Shown here: one piece after another, positions 10,118 through 18,392 of the stretch | How the letters are laid out: each line of letters begins with the position of its first letter | Position numbering within the stretch: position 1 is the first letter of the stretch | DNA from: Corynebacterium glutamicum ATCC 13032 | Lineage (GTDB): Bacteria; Actinomycetota; Actinomycetes; Mycobacteriales; Mycobacteriaceae | Direction of reading: 5' to 3' | Length of the DNA: 32,000 nt | Assembly: GCF_000011325.1 (NCBI RefSeq) | Contig: NC_003450.3 | Span: 1,170,001 to 1,202,000, forward strand | Translations under genes and position numbers: made by a program | Notes under the pieces: model-generated | The model's database searches: none | What the model was told of the DNA's origin: nothing | What the model saw: only the letters and a program-made list of their open reading frames with translations

Positions 10118-10837
10118 TTAAAAATGGGTGGGGAGAGGACCAAGAGAGTCGTATGCGTTTCCGACAGTCCTCTTGGCAATTTTGCGGTTGGCCATCGTGC
10201 CCAGCACCGCACCGATACCAAACGGCAGAATTTTGCCAATCAATGCCGAACGGAAACGCTTGCTTACTTCCTTCACTGCGTAGCGCATCAGTCGGCCGTT
10301 GACTTCCATCAAGCCACCGATATTAAACCGGGAAATCGCAATGCCCGGCGCGTGGTTTTTCTTGGATAAATCACCGACGCCTGCGTCAACAATGGCTTTG
10401 CCTGCGGTGCCCAGCAGAACCACCAAAATCAAACCACGTCGGCGTTCAGGATGGCGGATGTCGATGCCACGCAGGTGCGCGGATGCCATGGTGTAAAACG
10501 CAGCAGCATCCAAAAACACCAACGATTCAGCACCAACGGCAAGAGCACCCGTGACAAAGCCAATGCCTGGCACGGCCGCAGCCATGCCCACACCAGCGCC
10601 AGAGCCGGTGGCAAGGCGCATAAAATGCTTGTCGACGAGTACCTGCAGCTGCGCCGGTGTTTTCTCAGGATTGTGCTTCCGAAGCCAAGAAATGTATCCC
10701 TCGATGGCACCTGTTTGCATATGAGCTGCCTTGTCCAGGGCACGGATTAGGTACTTTCCGCTGAACCCGGCGTTGTCTTCTAAAACAGCGGGGTCGGAAT
10801 GTACTGCATCCGTGATGATGGCGTTGTGTTCAGCCAT
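10118..10837 (-). CDS. Conserved hypothetical protein (239 aa) with Gly/Ala-rich hydrophobic segments; possibly EcsC-like
   Basis: The ORF track gives 10118..10963, which would overlap the upstream gene. Internal ATG 10837 (MAEHNAIITDAV...) is preceded by a perfect AGGAGG (rc of 'cctcct' at 10844-10849). Segments include ATGSGAGVGMAAAVPGIGFVTGALAVGAES and, near the C-terminus, GKILPFGIGAVLGTMANRKIAKR. The EcsC-family resemblance is a weak recollection. Confidence 0.75.
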   Translation of the reverse strand: MAEHNAIITDAVHSDPAVLEDNAGFSGKYLIRALDKAAHMQTGAIEGYISWLRKHNPEKTPAQLQVLVDKHFMRLATGSGAGVGMAAAVPGIGFVTGALAVGAESLVFLDAAAFYTMASAHLRGIDIRHPERRRGLILVVLLGTAGKAIVDAGVGDLSKKNHAPGIAISRFNIGGLMEVNGRLMRYAVKEVSKRFRSALIGKILPFGIGAVLGTMANRKIAKRTVGNAYDSLGPLPTHF

Positions 10838-10868
10838 GTGGTGCCTCCTAAAAATAGGGGAGAGAAAT

Positions 10869-11675
10869 TTACTTGGAGAACTCCTCCGCAGCAATGATCT
10901 GGTCGTTGGTTGGAAGAACTCCGGTGTAGAGGTGGAACTGCTCTGCTGCCTGAAGAGCGGCAACTTCTCCGCCGTCGATGGTTTGCTTACCCTTTTCCTT
11001 GGCCAACTTAATCAGTGGGGTCTCGACGGGGAATGCTACGCAGTCAAAGATTACGTCGGCTCGGTCTACTTCATCCTCACCAAAAGATACAACGTCTTGG
11101 TCAGGTCCATTCATTCCCATTGGGGTTACATTAACCAAAATTTTTGCGTCTTCCGGAACAGTTGCGGAGTATTCCCAACCGTAACGGGAAGCTAGCGCAG
11201 AACCGGTGGTGTGGTTGCGGGCAACGACGGTGCCACTCAGACCATACTCAGCAAGAGCTGCAACAACAGCATTGGCCATGCCGCCGGATCCCTTGATAGC
11301 TACTCGTGCATTGGGGTTCACGCGGTGTTCTTCAAGGAGGTGGTACACCGCAGTGTAGTCGGTGTTGTATCCGACAAGGTGTCCGTCATTGTTGACGATG
11401 GTGTTAACAGAACGTATGCGCTCTGCGGAAGGATGCAACTCATCGATGAGTGGGATGACATCGCTCTTGTATGGCATGGAGACACCTGCGCCGCGAATGT
11501 TCAGACCACGGATACCTGCGACTGCAGCGGTGATATCTGCTGGGGCAACAGCCTTGTACAGGTAGTTCAATCCAAGTTCAGCGTAAAGCCAGTTGTGGAA
11601 ACGAACACCATGGTTGGATGGACGAGCAGCGAGAGAGATGCACAGGGTTGTTTCCCTGTCGACGTAGTTGACCAT
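10869..11675 (-). CDS. Shikimate/quinate dehydrogenase family protein (AroE paralog), 268 aa
   Basis: Motifs present: catalytic Lys context GAGVSMPYK, Asp context GYNTDY, and the NAD(P) loop IKGSGGMANAVV. Length is typical of AroE. Corynebacteria carry several AroE paralogs, so physiological specificity is not assigned. Confidence 0.88.
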   Translation of the reverse strand: MVNYVDRETTLCISLAARPSNHGVRFHNWLYAELGLNYLYKAVAPADITAAVAGIRGLNIRGAGVSMPYKSDVIPLIDELHPSAERIRSVNTIVNNDGHLVGYNTDYTAVYHLLEEHRVNPNARVAIKGSGGMANAVVAALAEYGLSGTVVARNHTTGSALASRYGWEYSATVPEDAKILVNVTPMGMNGPDQDVVSFGEDEVDRADVIFDCVAFPVETPLIKLAKEKGKQTIDGGEVAALQAAEQFHLYTGVLPTNDQIIAAEEFSK

Positions 11676-11926
11676 GACAGTGATTTTATACTCATGCGGA
11701 GCAAAGGAAGAGCAAATGCCTGATTGTGTGGGATATGGCTTGATTATTGGTGGAAGTTTTCGGGAAATTCCTGCCCATTTGTGTGCGGTTGGTTTTTGAA
11801 AATCCTGTACATGTCCGGATAGCTGTGGATTTGCCGAGCCGACAGATTGGTGACGATCCTTGCGCGCATAACTGCATATTCATCAAAGCGTTGCCGGTCA
11901 CCTGCTTCGTGCCTAGCCTGGGAGGC

Positions 11927-13606
11927 ATGAATAGTTCGACGTGGACACCTCGGTACTCACCGCATATGGCTAACAGTGCAGCGGGTTCGGTGTTGGCGGA
12001 TGAGATGGTGGTTCCCACCTCAACAGGGTTTGTTAAAGGCGTCAAAGGACCAGGGCTTAAAACCTGGAGGGGAATTCCCTACGGCCGAAACACTGGCGGA
12101 AAATATCGCTTCCGGGCACCCCGGCCCGCCAAGAAATGGGACGGCGTGCGCGATTGCTCAATGTTCGGTGAAGTAGCTTCTCAGCCAACGTACTCCTGGA
12201 CAGATAAGATTCGCGGTTCAGAAGACTGCCTTAACCTCGATGTCGTGCGGCCTGATTCCGAAGAAAAGCTTCCTGTTGTGGTGTATCTCCACGGCGGTTC
12301 CTTCATCATGGGCTCATCAAGCGAAAAAGCGCTGCGCGGATATAACCTCGTCACAAACATGAATGTGGTCTACGTGTCCGTTAATTTCCGCCTCGGCGCT
12401 TTGGGCTATCTAGATCTGCGTTCCGTGGGGGAGGATTGCGTAGCCAACCCCGCGCTCCACGATCAGCTCCTGGCCCTGCAGTGGGTCAGCCGTAATATCG
12501 AAGCATTCGGTGGGGATCCTGACAACGTCACCCTCATGGGCGAATCCGCGGGCGCTGCAGCAGTGGTTGCACTCATGTGTGTGCCCGCTGCAGGAGGACT
12601 ATTCCACCGCGCCATCGCCCAATCCGCGCCGGTCATCTCTGTGCACTCATCTACCCAAGCAAAATTCTGGGCACGTGAACTGATCTACCGCATGGCATTG
12701 CCCAGGGAAACCACCTTGGATGAACTGCGCCAAGAATCCGCCGATGATCTAGTGCGCGCCGGGCAGTCGATGATGTGGCGCTCCGGCGAACTGCTCCAAC
12801 TCAACTCTTGTTACGGGCCCACGGTGGATGGTTCCTTGCTACCTGAGCACCCGCTCACCATGTTTGAACAGGGAAGACAACACCGCATTCCCTTCATGAT
12901 CGGTACTAATAACGGAGAAACTTCTTTCTCCAAAGCCTTTTATTTAAGAAGCTCTGCCCGACGTCGCTCTGCCTTACGCATGCTGTCTGTGTATGATCCC
13001 CACAATGCAGAACGCGTGGTTAGCGCCTATGGCGGAGGCGAGGCACGCACAGACTTTTCTGAACTACTCGCTGACGCGCTGTTCTGGGCACCGTCGGTTA
13101 GATTGGCGCAGTCGCACGCCTCCCAAGATGAAGATACCTGGATGTACCGCTTCGATTACGCCCCACAATCCATGCGGAAACTTGGCCTCGGCGCGATTCA
13201 CTCTTTCGAACTCAACGCTGTCTTTGGCGATCATGAATCTTCTCGCTCCATGAACCTTGCGAAAATTGCCGGCGGCATGGATCATTTGGATAAAGTCACC
13301 GAACTTGTCCAAGAGCATTGGAAGCAATTCATCTACTTCGGCAGGCCCGGTGAAGAGTGGAAGGCTTACCGCGGCCGCAGCGATACCGAACCGGGCCGTG
13401 CTACATTTGTCATCGATATCAACTCCCGAATCGCGTGGGATCCACGCCAGGACAAACGCACGGCGTGGGAAAATTACGACATGCTCGAATGGGGCACAGG
13501 CCGCCCAGATCTAGCCAACGAACTTGATTTCATCGAGCCGGAAGAGACAGAAGAAGAGCAGCAATTGAAGTGGCTTAGCCTTATGCAGTTTTTTGGAAGT
13601 AGATAA
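11927..13606 (+). CDS. Type-B carboxylesterase/lipase (para-nitrobenzyl-esterase-like)
   Basis: Motifs present: oxyanion VVVYLHGGSFIMGSS, nucleophile elbow LMGESAGAAAV, and the N-terminal VVPTSTGFVKGVKG...WRGIPYG block typical of the family. The ORF track start at 11747 gives an implausible extension. In-frame ATGs at 11927, 11966 and 12005 are all possible, and 12005 sits closest to the conserved core. Confidence 0.88.
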   Translation: MNSSTWTPRYSPHMANSAAGSVLADEMVVPTSTGFVKGVKGPGLKTWRGIPYGRNTGGKYRFRAPRPAKKWDGVRDCSMFGEVASQPTYSWTDKIRGSEDCLNLDVVRPDSEEKLPVVVYLHGGSFIMGSSSEKALRGYNLVTNMNVVYVSVNFRLGALGYLDLRSVGEDCVANPALHDQLLALQWVSRNIEAFGGDPDNVTLMGESAGAAAVVALMCVPAAGGLFHRAIAQSAPVISVHSSTQAKFWARELIYRMALPRETTLDELRQESADDLVRAGQSMMWRSGELLQLNSCYGPTVDGSLLPEHPLTMFEQGRQHRIPFMIGTNNGETSFSKAFYLRSSARRRSALRMLSVYDPHNAERVVSAYGGGEARTDFSELLADALFWAPSVRLAQSHASQDEDTWMYRFDYAPQSMRKLGLGAIHSFELNAVFGDHESSRSMNLAKIAGGMDHLDKVTELVQEHWKQFIYFGRPGEEWKAYRGRSDTEPGRATFVIDINSRIAWDPRQDKRTAWENYDMLEWGTGRPDLANELDFIEPEETEEEQQLKWLSLMQFFGSR

Positions 13607-14260
13607 ATGAGCATCTGGAAACGTCTGTTAGTGCAGTACCCGCGCTTCGCCGACACCCTCACAGCCGGCCAACCCATCACGCTCGAGGAATTAGCAACCC
13701 CGGAAGTGATCTTGGAAGCTGTTGCCAAAGGCCAAGAAATTTTCGGCATTGAGCAGCCAAAACATGCAGCACAACTCTGGTTTCACTCCCTGTGCACCGC
13801 AATTGTCGGCCCCGCCGTCACCGCCATGGTGGAATTCGATGTCATCCCCAGCCTCGACATACGTCGAGGTCAGCTGCATAACATCGACGGTTACTGGTTC
13901 GGCTTCAGGCCGGAGGAGATGCTTGTCGACGCCTCCCTCCACCTGTCGGGCACCCAATTCGGCGAGAGTATCCGCGTGGTGATTGATGCATTATGCGCTG
14001 CCACGGATCTGCGACCGGCACCCCTGTGGGCGGTTGCCTCAGATGCGTTGGGAATCGCAGCTAGCGGCGCAGGTGTCGAGGCCTTTGAAGAAGAACATGC
14101 CCGCGAGGTGGCGGAAGCCCTCATTGAAGGAATGAATAGTGTGAACTCAGTTCCATCGCCGCGGTTTAACGACGACGATTATTTCATTCGAGCTGGATGC
14201 TGCATGATTTTCCACTCACCACGAGCTGATTTTTGCACGTCGTGCCCACAGAAGAGGTGA
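13607..14260 (+). CDS. FhuF-like ferric-siderophore reductase family protein with C-terminal [2Fe-2S] motif
   Basis: The C-terminal sequence GCCMIFHSPRADFCTSCP is C-C-x10-C-x2-C (coords 14198-14245), the FhuF-type cluster motif. The ATG directly abuts the esterase stop codon (TAAATG at 13604-13609). Confidence 0.8.
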   Translation: MSIWKRLLVQYPRFADTLTAGQPITLEELATPEVILEAVAKGQEIFGIEQPKHAAQLWFHSLCTAIVGPAVTAMVEFDVIPSLDIRRGQLHNIDGYWFGFRPEEMLVDASLHLSGTQFGESIRVVIDALCAATDLRPAPLWAVASDALGIAASGAGVEAFEEEHAREVAEALIEGMNSVNSVPSPRFNDDDYFIRAGCCMIFHSPRADFCTSCPQKR

Positions 14261-14354
14261 AAGGCTAGGCGCGGATTCGTTGTGGACGCTAGGCTTGTCG
14301 GCAGTGTCTTTGGGGGACGTCCCCAGCACAAACCAGATGGAAGGTCATCAGAAC

Positions 14355-15158
14355 ATGAGCTTTTTTGAGGACATCGCGGCTGGACTTGATAGTGACGGTA
14401 TCGAGTCCCGCGTAAACGGCGACACAATGTTCGTTCCGATCACCTCTGACTTGGAAATCCAGTTCGTGGAGATCGATTCCCTCCTACCTGCAGCAAACGT
14501 TTATATCGCTGCAGCCAATGTTGATGAAGACGATGATGAGTTCGAGGCAGTTCTCGTTTCGGTGGTGTTCTCTGTTGAGGATGCTGTCGCTGCTGTCGCA
14601 AAGCATGTTGCTACTGATCAGGTGGTGACTGTGCTGCGTGATCTACTTGAAGGAACTGATGAACGCATCCAGGATTTGGAGTTTTTCCAGGATGCAGTGA
14701 ATGCAAATTTGGTTCGTGCGGAAGTCGGCCAGAATTCTGAGCTTCAGGTTTTGGTCGAGGTTGAAGACGGCGTCCCAACCGCAACGGTCAATTTCATCGC
14801 GATCGGTGAGTCCTTTGAAGATCTGATTGATCAGGCCATTGAAGAATTGTGGGAATCCGACGGCGACGCAGTTCTATCGGATGAAGATCGCCAACGCATG
14901 TTCGCTGATTTGACCTCCGAGTTGGAATTTGTCACTGATGAAGTCCTCGACTTGGGTACCTTCACTGATTTTGATCGACTTTTCGATATCCTTTCCCTCG
15001 CCGATGACCAGGCTGAGGATTGGGAAGCACAGCTCGTTCCTTTTGAGGACGAGGAATTTGATGAGCCGGATGTTTATGACCTTTTCGTCGATGACTCTGA
15101 AGAAGATGACGACGACCTCGATGATGACGAGGACGATGAGGATGATGACGAAGACTAG
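14355..15158 (+). CDS. Hyper-acidic hypothetical protein (267 aa) with a poly-Asp/Glu C-terminal tail
   Basis: The ORF track gives 14280..15158. ATG 14355 (MSFFEDIAAGL) has GGAAGG 10 nt upstream. The sequence is rich in D/E throughout. The last 22 residues, DDSEEDDDDLDDDEDDEDDDED, include 20 acidic residues. Confidence 0.75.
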   Translation: MSFFEDIAAGLDSDGIESRVNGDTMFVPITSDLEIQFVEIDSLLPAANVYIAAANVDEDDDEFEAVLVSVVFSVEDAVAAVAKHVATDQVVTVLRDLLEGTDERIQDLEFFQDAVNANLVRAEVGQNSELQVLVEVEDGVPTATVNFIAIGESFEDLIDQAIEELWESDGDAVLSDEDRQRMFADLTSELEFVTDEVLDLGTFTDFDRLFDILSLADDQAEDWEAQLVPFEDEEFDEPDVYDLFVDDSEEDDDDLDDDEDDEDDDED

Positions 15159-15179
15159 ATTTTAGCCTTTGTCGCGGTG

Positions 15180-15205
15180 CCCTGGATTCTTGGAATCCAG
15201 GGTTT
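15180..15205. terminator. Bidirectional intrinsic terminator between convergent genes
   Basis: Perfect hairpin CCCTGGATTC-ttg-GAATCCAGGG (15180-15202), followed by TTT on the plus strand. It lies between the stop at 15158 (+) and the stop at 15215 (-). Confidence 0.7.
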
Positions 15206-15214
15206 CGTCATTTT

Positions 15215-15742
15215 CTAGGCTGCACTTTTGGAATATTCGAAAAGGAAGGAAGGGGAACGCACCGGATCAAAGTGGGCGTCGACAAGCCAGCAAAACGTCG
15301 GTGCCGGCTCATCGGTGAGCTGGTGGACAGTGCCGCTGTGCGCGGTGCTGAGAATTGCGCGGATCCAGCCTTCGGCGAGGCGGGTGGATACTTTGAAGCC
15401 CTCTGGGCTGGTGATGCGGATGGTGATGAGATAGGCGGGTTCACGTTGCTCACCGAACTCGCGGATGATTTGGCGGGCGGCGGGGCCTGCGCGGTGACGT
15501 GACAAGGTGAGGGTGAGGGGATCTTCGCCGGGAAGTGACGGTAGCGGGATGCTCGGCGGGCGCCACGTGGGTATGGCTCTGGCCAGTGATCGAGGGTGGC
15601 GCATCATGGATTGAATGTCATCCAGGGCGGTGGGGAAGACGCTTTTGAAGTGGGCGGCGTAGCGAGTTGCGGAGTAGATGGAAGACATTAGGCGGTTTCG
15701 GTGTTTGATCATAGTGGGAAGTGTAGAGCACCCAAGCGACAT
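15215..15742 (-). CDS. Hypothetical protein (175 aa), probably on a leaderless mRNA
   Basis: Only ORF of this size here; no motif recognised. On the minus strand TATTAT (rc of 15749-15754) lies exactly 6 nt before the ATG at 15742, the geometry of a leaderless transcript. Alternative in-frame ATGs are at 15712 and 15688. Confidence 0.6.
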   Translation of the reverse strand: MSLGCSTLPTMIKHRNRLMSSIYSATRYAAHFKSVFPTALDDIQSMMRHPRSLARAIPTWRPPSIPLPSLPGEDPLTLTLSRHRAGPAARQIIREFGEQREPAYLITIRITSPEGFKVSTRLAEGWIRAILSTAHSGTVHQLTDEPAPTFCWLVDAHFDPVRSPSFLFEYSKSAA

Positions 15743-15824
15743 TGTTCGATAATATGTTCTATTATTGGTATTAATACTGGTCAGCTAGATATAAAAGGGG
15801 CGCAGGGCTAGCCTTGGGTGTGAA

Positions 15825-17042
15825 ATGTTAACTCAAAAAATAGAATTAGAGGCTAAACCAAAAATCCCAGAGGAGATCTGGGTGCTGGTTGTGGCTGCGT
15901 TTATTATTGCGCTGGGCTATGGCCTGATTGCGCCGATTTTGCCACAGTTTGTGGTCGGTTTTGATGTAAGTTTTGCAGCTGCCAGTGCGGTGGTGTCCAT
16001 CTTTGCGGGCGCCCGGTTGTTGTTTGCGCCGATGTCGGGGAGTTTGATCGATAAGATCGGTTCCCGTCGTGTGTATCTCACTGGTTTACTCACCGTGGCT
16101 ATCACCACGGGGCTTGTTGCGTTGGCGCAGGAATACTGGCAGATTCTGCTGCTTCGTGGCATCGCAGGTATTGGTTCCACCATGTTTACGGTCTCTGCCA
16201 TGGGCCTGATCGTGAAGATGGCGCCGGTGGAGATCCGCGGGCGGTGTTCGTCGGTATATGCCAGTTCGTTCCTGTTTGGCAATATTATTGGCCCGGTTGT
16301 GGGTGCTGCGATGTCCGGTTTGGGCATGCGGTGGCCGTTCGCGATTTATGGTGCTTCCGTTGGCTTAGCTGCACTTGTTGTGTGGTGGCGGATGCCGAAA
16401 ACCAACGATTCACTTCGGAAGGCTGATAGCAATAGTGTGCCGGCGTTGCGCTTTGCTGAGGCAATTAAGGATTCTGCCTACCGCTCGGCGTTGTTTAGTG
16501 CTTTTGCCAATGGTTGGTCGAACTTTGGTGTGCGTGTGGCGGTTCTTCCACTGTTTGCCGCAGCTGCATTTAGCAATGGCGGAGCTATTGCGGGTTTTGC
16601 CATGGCTGCGTTCGCCGCTGGAAATGCTTTGTGTCTGCAATTCGCGGGCGATCTCTCAGATCGCATTGGCCGTAAACCGATGATTATTTCCGGGCTGATC
16701 GTCAATGCAGTGTTCACGGCAATGATCGGATTCGGCACAGAAGTGTGGATCCTGATCACGGTATCTGCGTTGGCAGGTGCTGGTGCGGGCTTGCTTAATC
16801 CAAGTCAGCAGGCGGTGCTCGCTGATGTTATAGATTCCCGCCCCGGCGGAAAAGTCTTAGCGAATTTCCAAATGGCGCAGGATTTCGGTGCGATTGTTGG
16901 CCCGATTCTCGTAGGCATGATCGCAGAACAGGCAGGCTTCCAAATCGGATTCATGCTGTGTGGTGTGATCAGTTTGCTGGCTGCGGTCGCATGGATCTTC
17001 GGCCGGGAGACGCTGCCAACGGCGAAAGTCGAGCAGGTATAA
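15825..17042 (+). CDS. MFS transporter (12-TMS, DHA1-like), 405 aa
   Basis: Hydrophobic profile with about 12 helices. MFS motif-A-like GSLIDKIGSRRV and DLSDRIGRKP lie in the loops after TM2 and TM8. Confidence 0.88.
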   Translation: MLTQKIELEAKPKIPEEIWVLVVAAFIIALGYGLIAPILPQFVVGFDVSFAAASAVVSIFAGARLLFAPMSGSLIDKIGSRRVYLTGLLTVAITTGLVALAQEYWQILLLRGIAGIGSTMFTVSAMGLIVKMAPVEIRGRCSSVYASSFLFGNIIGPVVGAAMSGLGMRWPFAIYGASVGLAALVVWWRMPKTNDSLRKADSNSVPALRFAEAIKDSAYRSALFSAFANGWSNFGVRVAVLPLFAAAAFSNGGAIAGFAMAAFAAGNALCLQFAGDLSDRIGRKPMIISGLIVNAVFTAMIGFGTEVWILITVSALAGAGAGLLNPSQQAVLADVIDSRPGGKVLANFQMAQDFGAIVGPILVGMIAEQAGFQIGFMLCGVISLLAAVAWIFGRETLPTAKVEQV

Positions 17043-18392
17043 ATGACGCCAATTGTGGAGTCCAGGGCGTGGAAAGCTCTGGGCGCTTTAAGTGTTGGGC
17101 TGTTTCTCACACTGCTTGACCAATCGTTGGTGGCTGTCGCGCTGCCAAAGATTCAAGAGGATTTGGGTGCGAGCCTGAACCAAGCGGTGTGGGTGTCAGC
17201 GGTTTATTTGCTCACTTTTGCGGTGCCACTGTTGATTACTGGGCGCTTGGGTGATCGTTATGGACAGCGAAATATTTATCTTGCCGGCATGGCTGTGTTT
17301 ACCCTCGCGGCGTTGGCCTGTGTATTTGCACCAAGCATCGAATGGTTGATTGCTGCTCGCGCGGTGCAGGGCCTGGGCGGATCTCTTCTTAATCCGCAGC
17401 CCCTGAGCATCATTCACAAGATTTTCGCGCATGATCGTAGGGGAGCCGCCACCGGGGTGTGGAGTGCTGTTGCCTCATCAGCTGGACTTTTCGGGCCAGT
17501 TATCGGTGGTGTTCTGGTGGGGTGGATCAGCTGGCGTGCTGTGTTCTTGGTTTATGTGCCGCTCGGATTGATCTCCCTATTTATGGTGGCGCGTTATGTG
17601 CCTAAACTTCCCACGGGAACCTCGAAGATCGATTGGCTCTCGGGTGCGGTCTCACTTGTTGCTGTACTTGGTGTGGTTCTTGCCTTGCAGCAGGGGCCAG
17701 AACTTGGGTGGGGAACACTGATTTGGGTGTCCCTTGCCGTTGGTATTGCTGCAGCTGTGCTCTTTATATGGATGCAAACAAGATCCAAGGCGCCACTGAT
17801 GCCGTTGAGGATTTTCAAGACGCGCAACTTCGCGATCGGTGCATTTTCGATCTTCAGCCTGGGCTTTACGGTGTATTCCGTTAATTTGCCCATCATGTTG
17901 TATCTGCAAACGGCTCAGGGAATGTCGTCGCAGTTGGCCGGTTTGATGTTGGTTCCGATGGGCATCATCTCTGTGGTGATGTCACCAGTAATTGGACGAT
18001 TGGTGGATCGCCTGGCACCAGGAATGATCTCCAAGATCGGATTCGGCGCGCTGATTTTCTCGATGGCGTTGATGGCTGTCTTTATGATCGCCAACCTATC
18101 GCCGTGGTGGCTACTCATCCCGATTATTTTGTTCGGTAGCTCCAACGCGATGAGTTTTGCACCGAACTCTGTGATTGCTCTGCGTGATGTTCCGCAGGAT
18201 TTAGTGGGCTCTGCTTCTGGTTTTTACAACACCTCACGCCAGGTGGGCGCTGTTTTGGGCGCCGCTACCTTGGGCGCTGTGATGCAAATAGGAGTGGGCA
18301 CGGTGTCCTTCGGTGTTGCCATGGGTGCGGCAATCCTGGTGACACTCGTGCCCTTAATCTTTGGGTTCCTAGCGGTAACCCAATTTAGATAG
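17043..18392 (+). CDS. MFS transporter (EmrB/QacA DHA2-like), 449 aa
   Basis: N-terminus LDQSLVAVALPKIQEDLG plus GRLGDRYGQRN (motif A) and AVQGLGGSLLNP are typical of DHA2 drug/H+ antiporters. The ATG abuts the upstream MFS stop (TAAATG at 17040-17045). Confidence 0.88.
   Translation: MTPIVESRAWKALGALSVGLFLTLLDQSLVAVALPKIQEDLGASLNQAVWVSAVYLLTFAVPLLITGRLGDRYGQRNIYLAGMAVFTLAALACVFAPSIEWLIAARAVQGLGGSLLNPQPLSIIHKIFAHDRRGAATGVWSAVASSAGLFGPVIGGVLVGWISWRAVFLVYVPLGLISLFMVARYVPKLPTGTSKIDWLSGAVSLVAVLGVVLALQQGPELGWGTLIWVSLAVGIAAAVLFIWMQTRSKAPLMPLRIFKTRNFAIGAFSIFSLGFTVYSVNLPIMLYLQTAQGMSSQLAGLMLVPMGIISVVMSPVIGRLVDRLAPGMISKIGFGALIFSMALMAVFMIANLSPWWLLIPIILFGSSNAMSFAPNSVIALRDVPQDLVGSASGFYNTSRQVGAVLGAATLGAVMQIGVGTVSFGVAMGAAILVTLVPLIFGFLAVTQFR

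Noticed and set aside
11747-11926. A 60-codon N-terminal extension of the carboxylesterase ORF.
   Set aside because: The extension has no similarity to the esterase family N-terminus and would leave only about 70 nt of divergent promoter space. Downstream ATGs fit the conserved core better.
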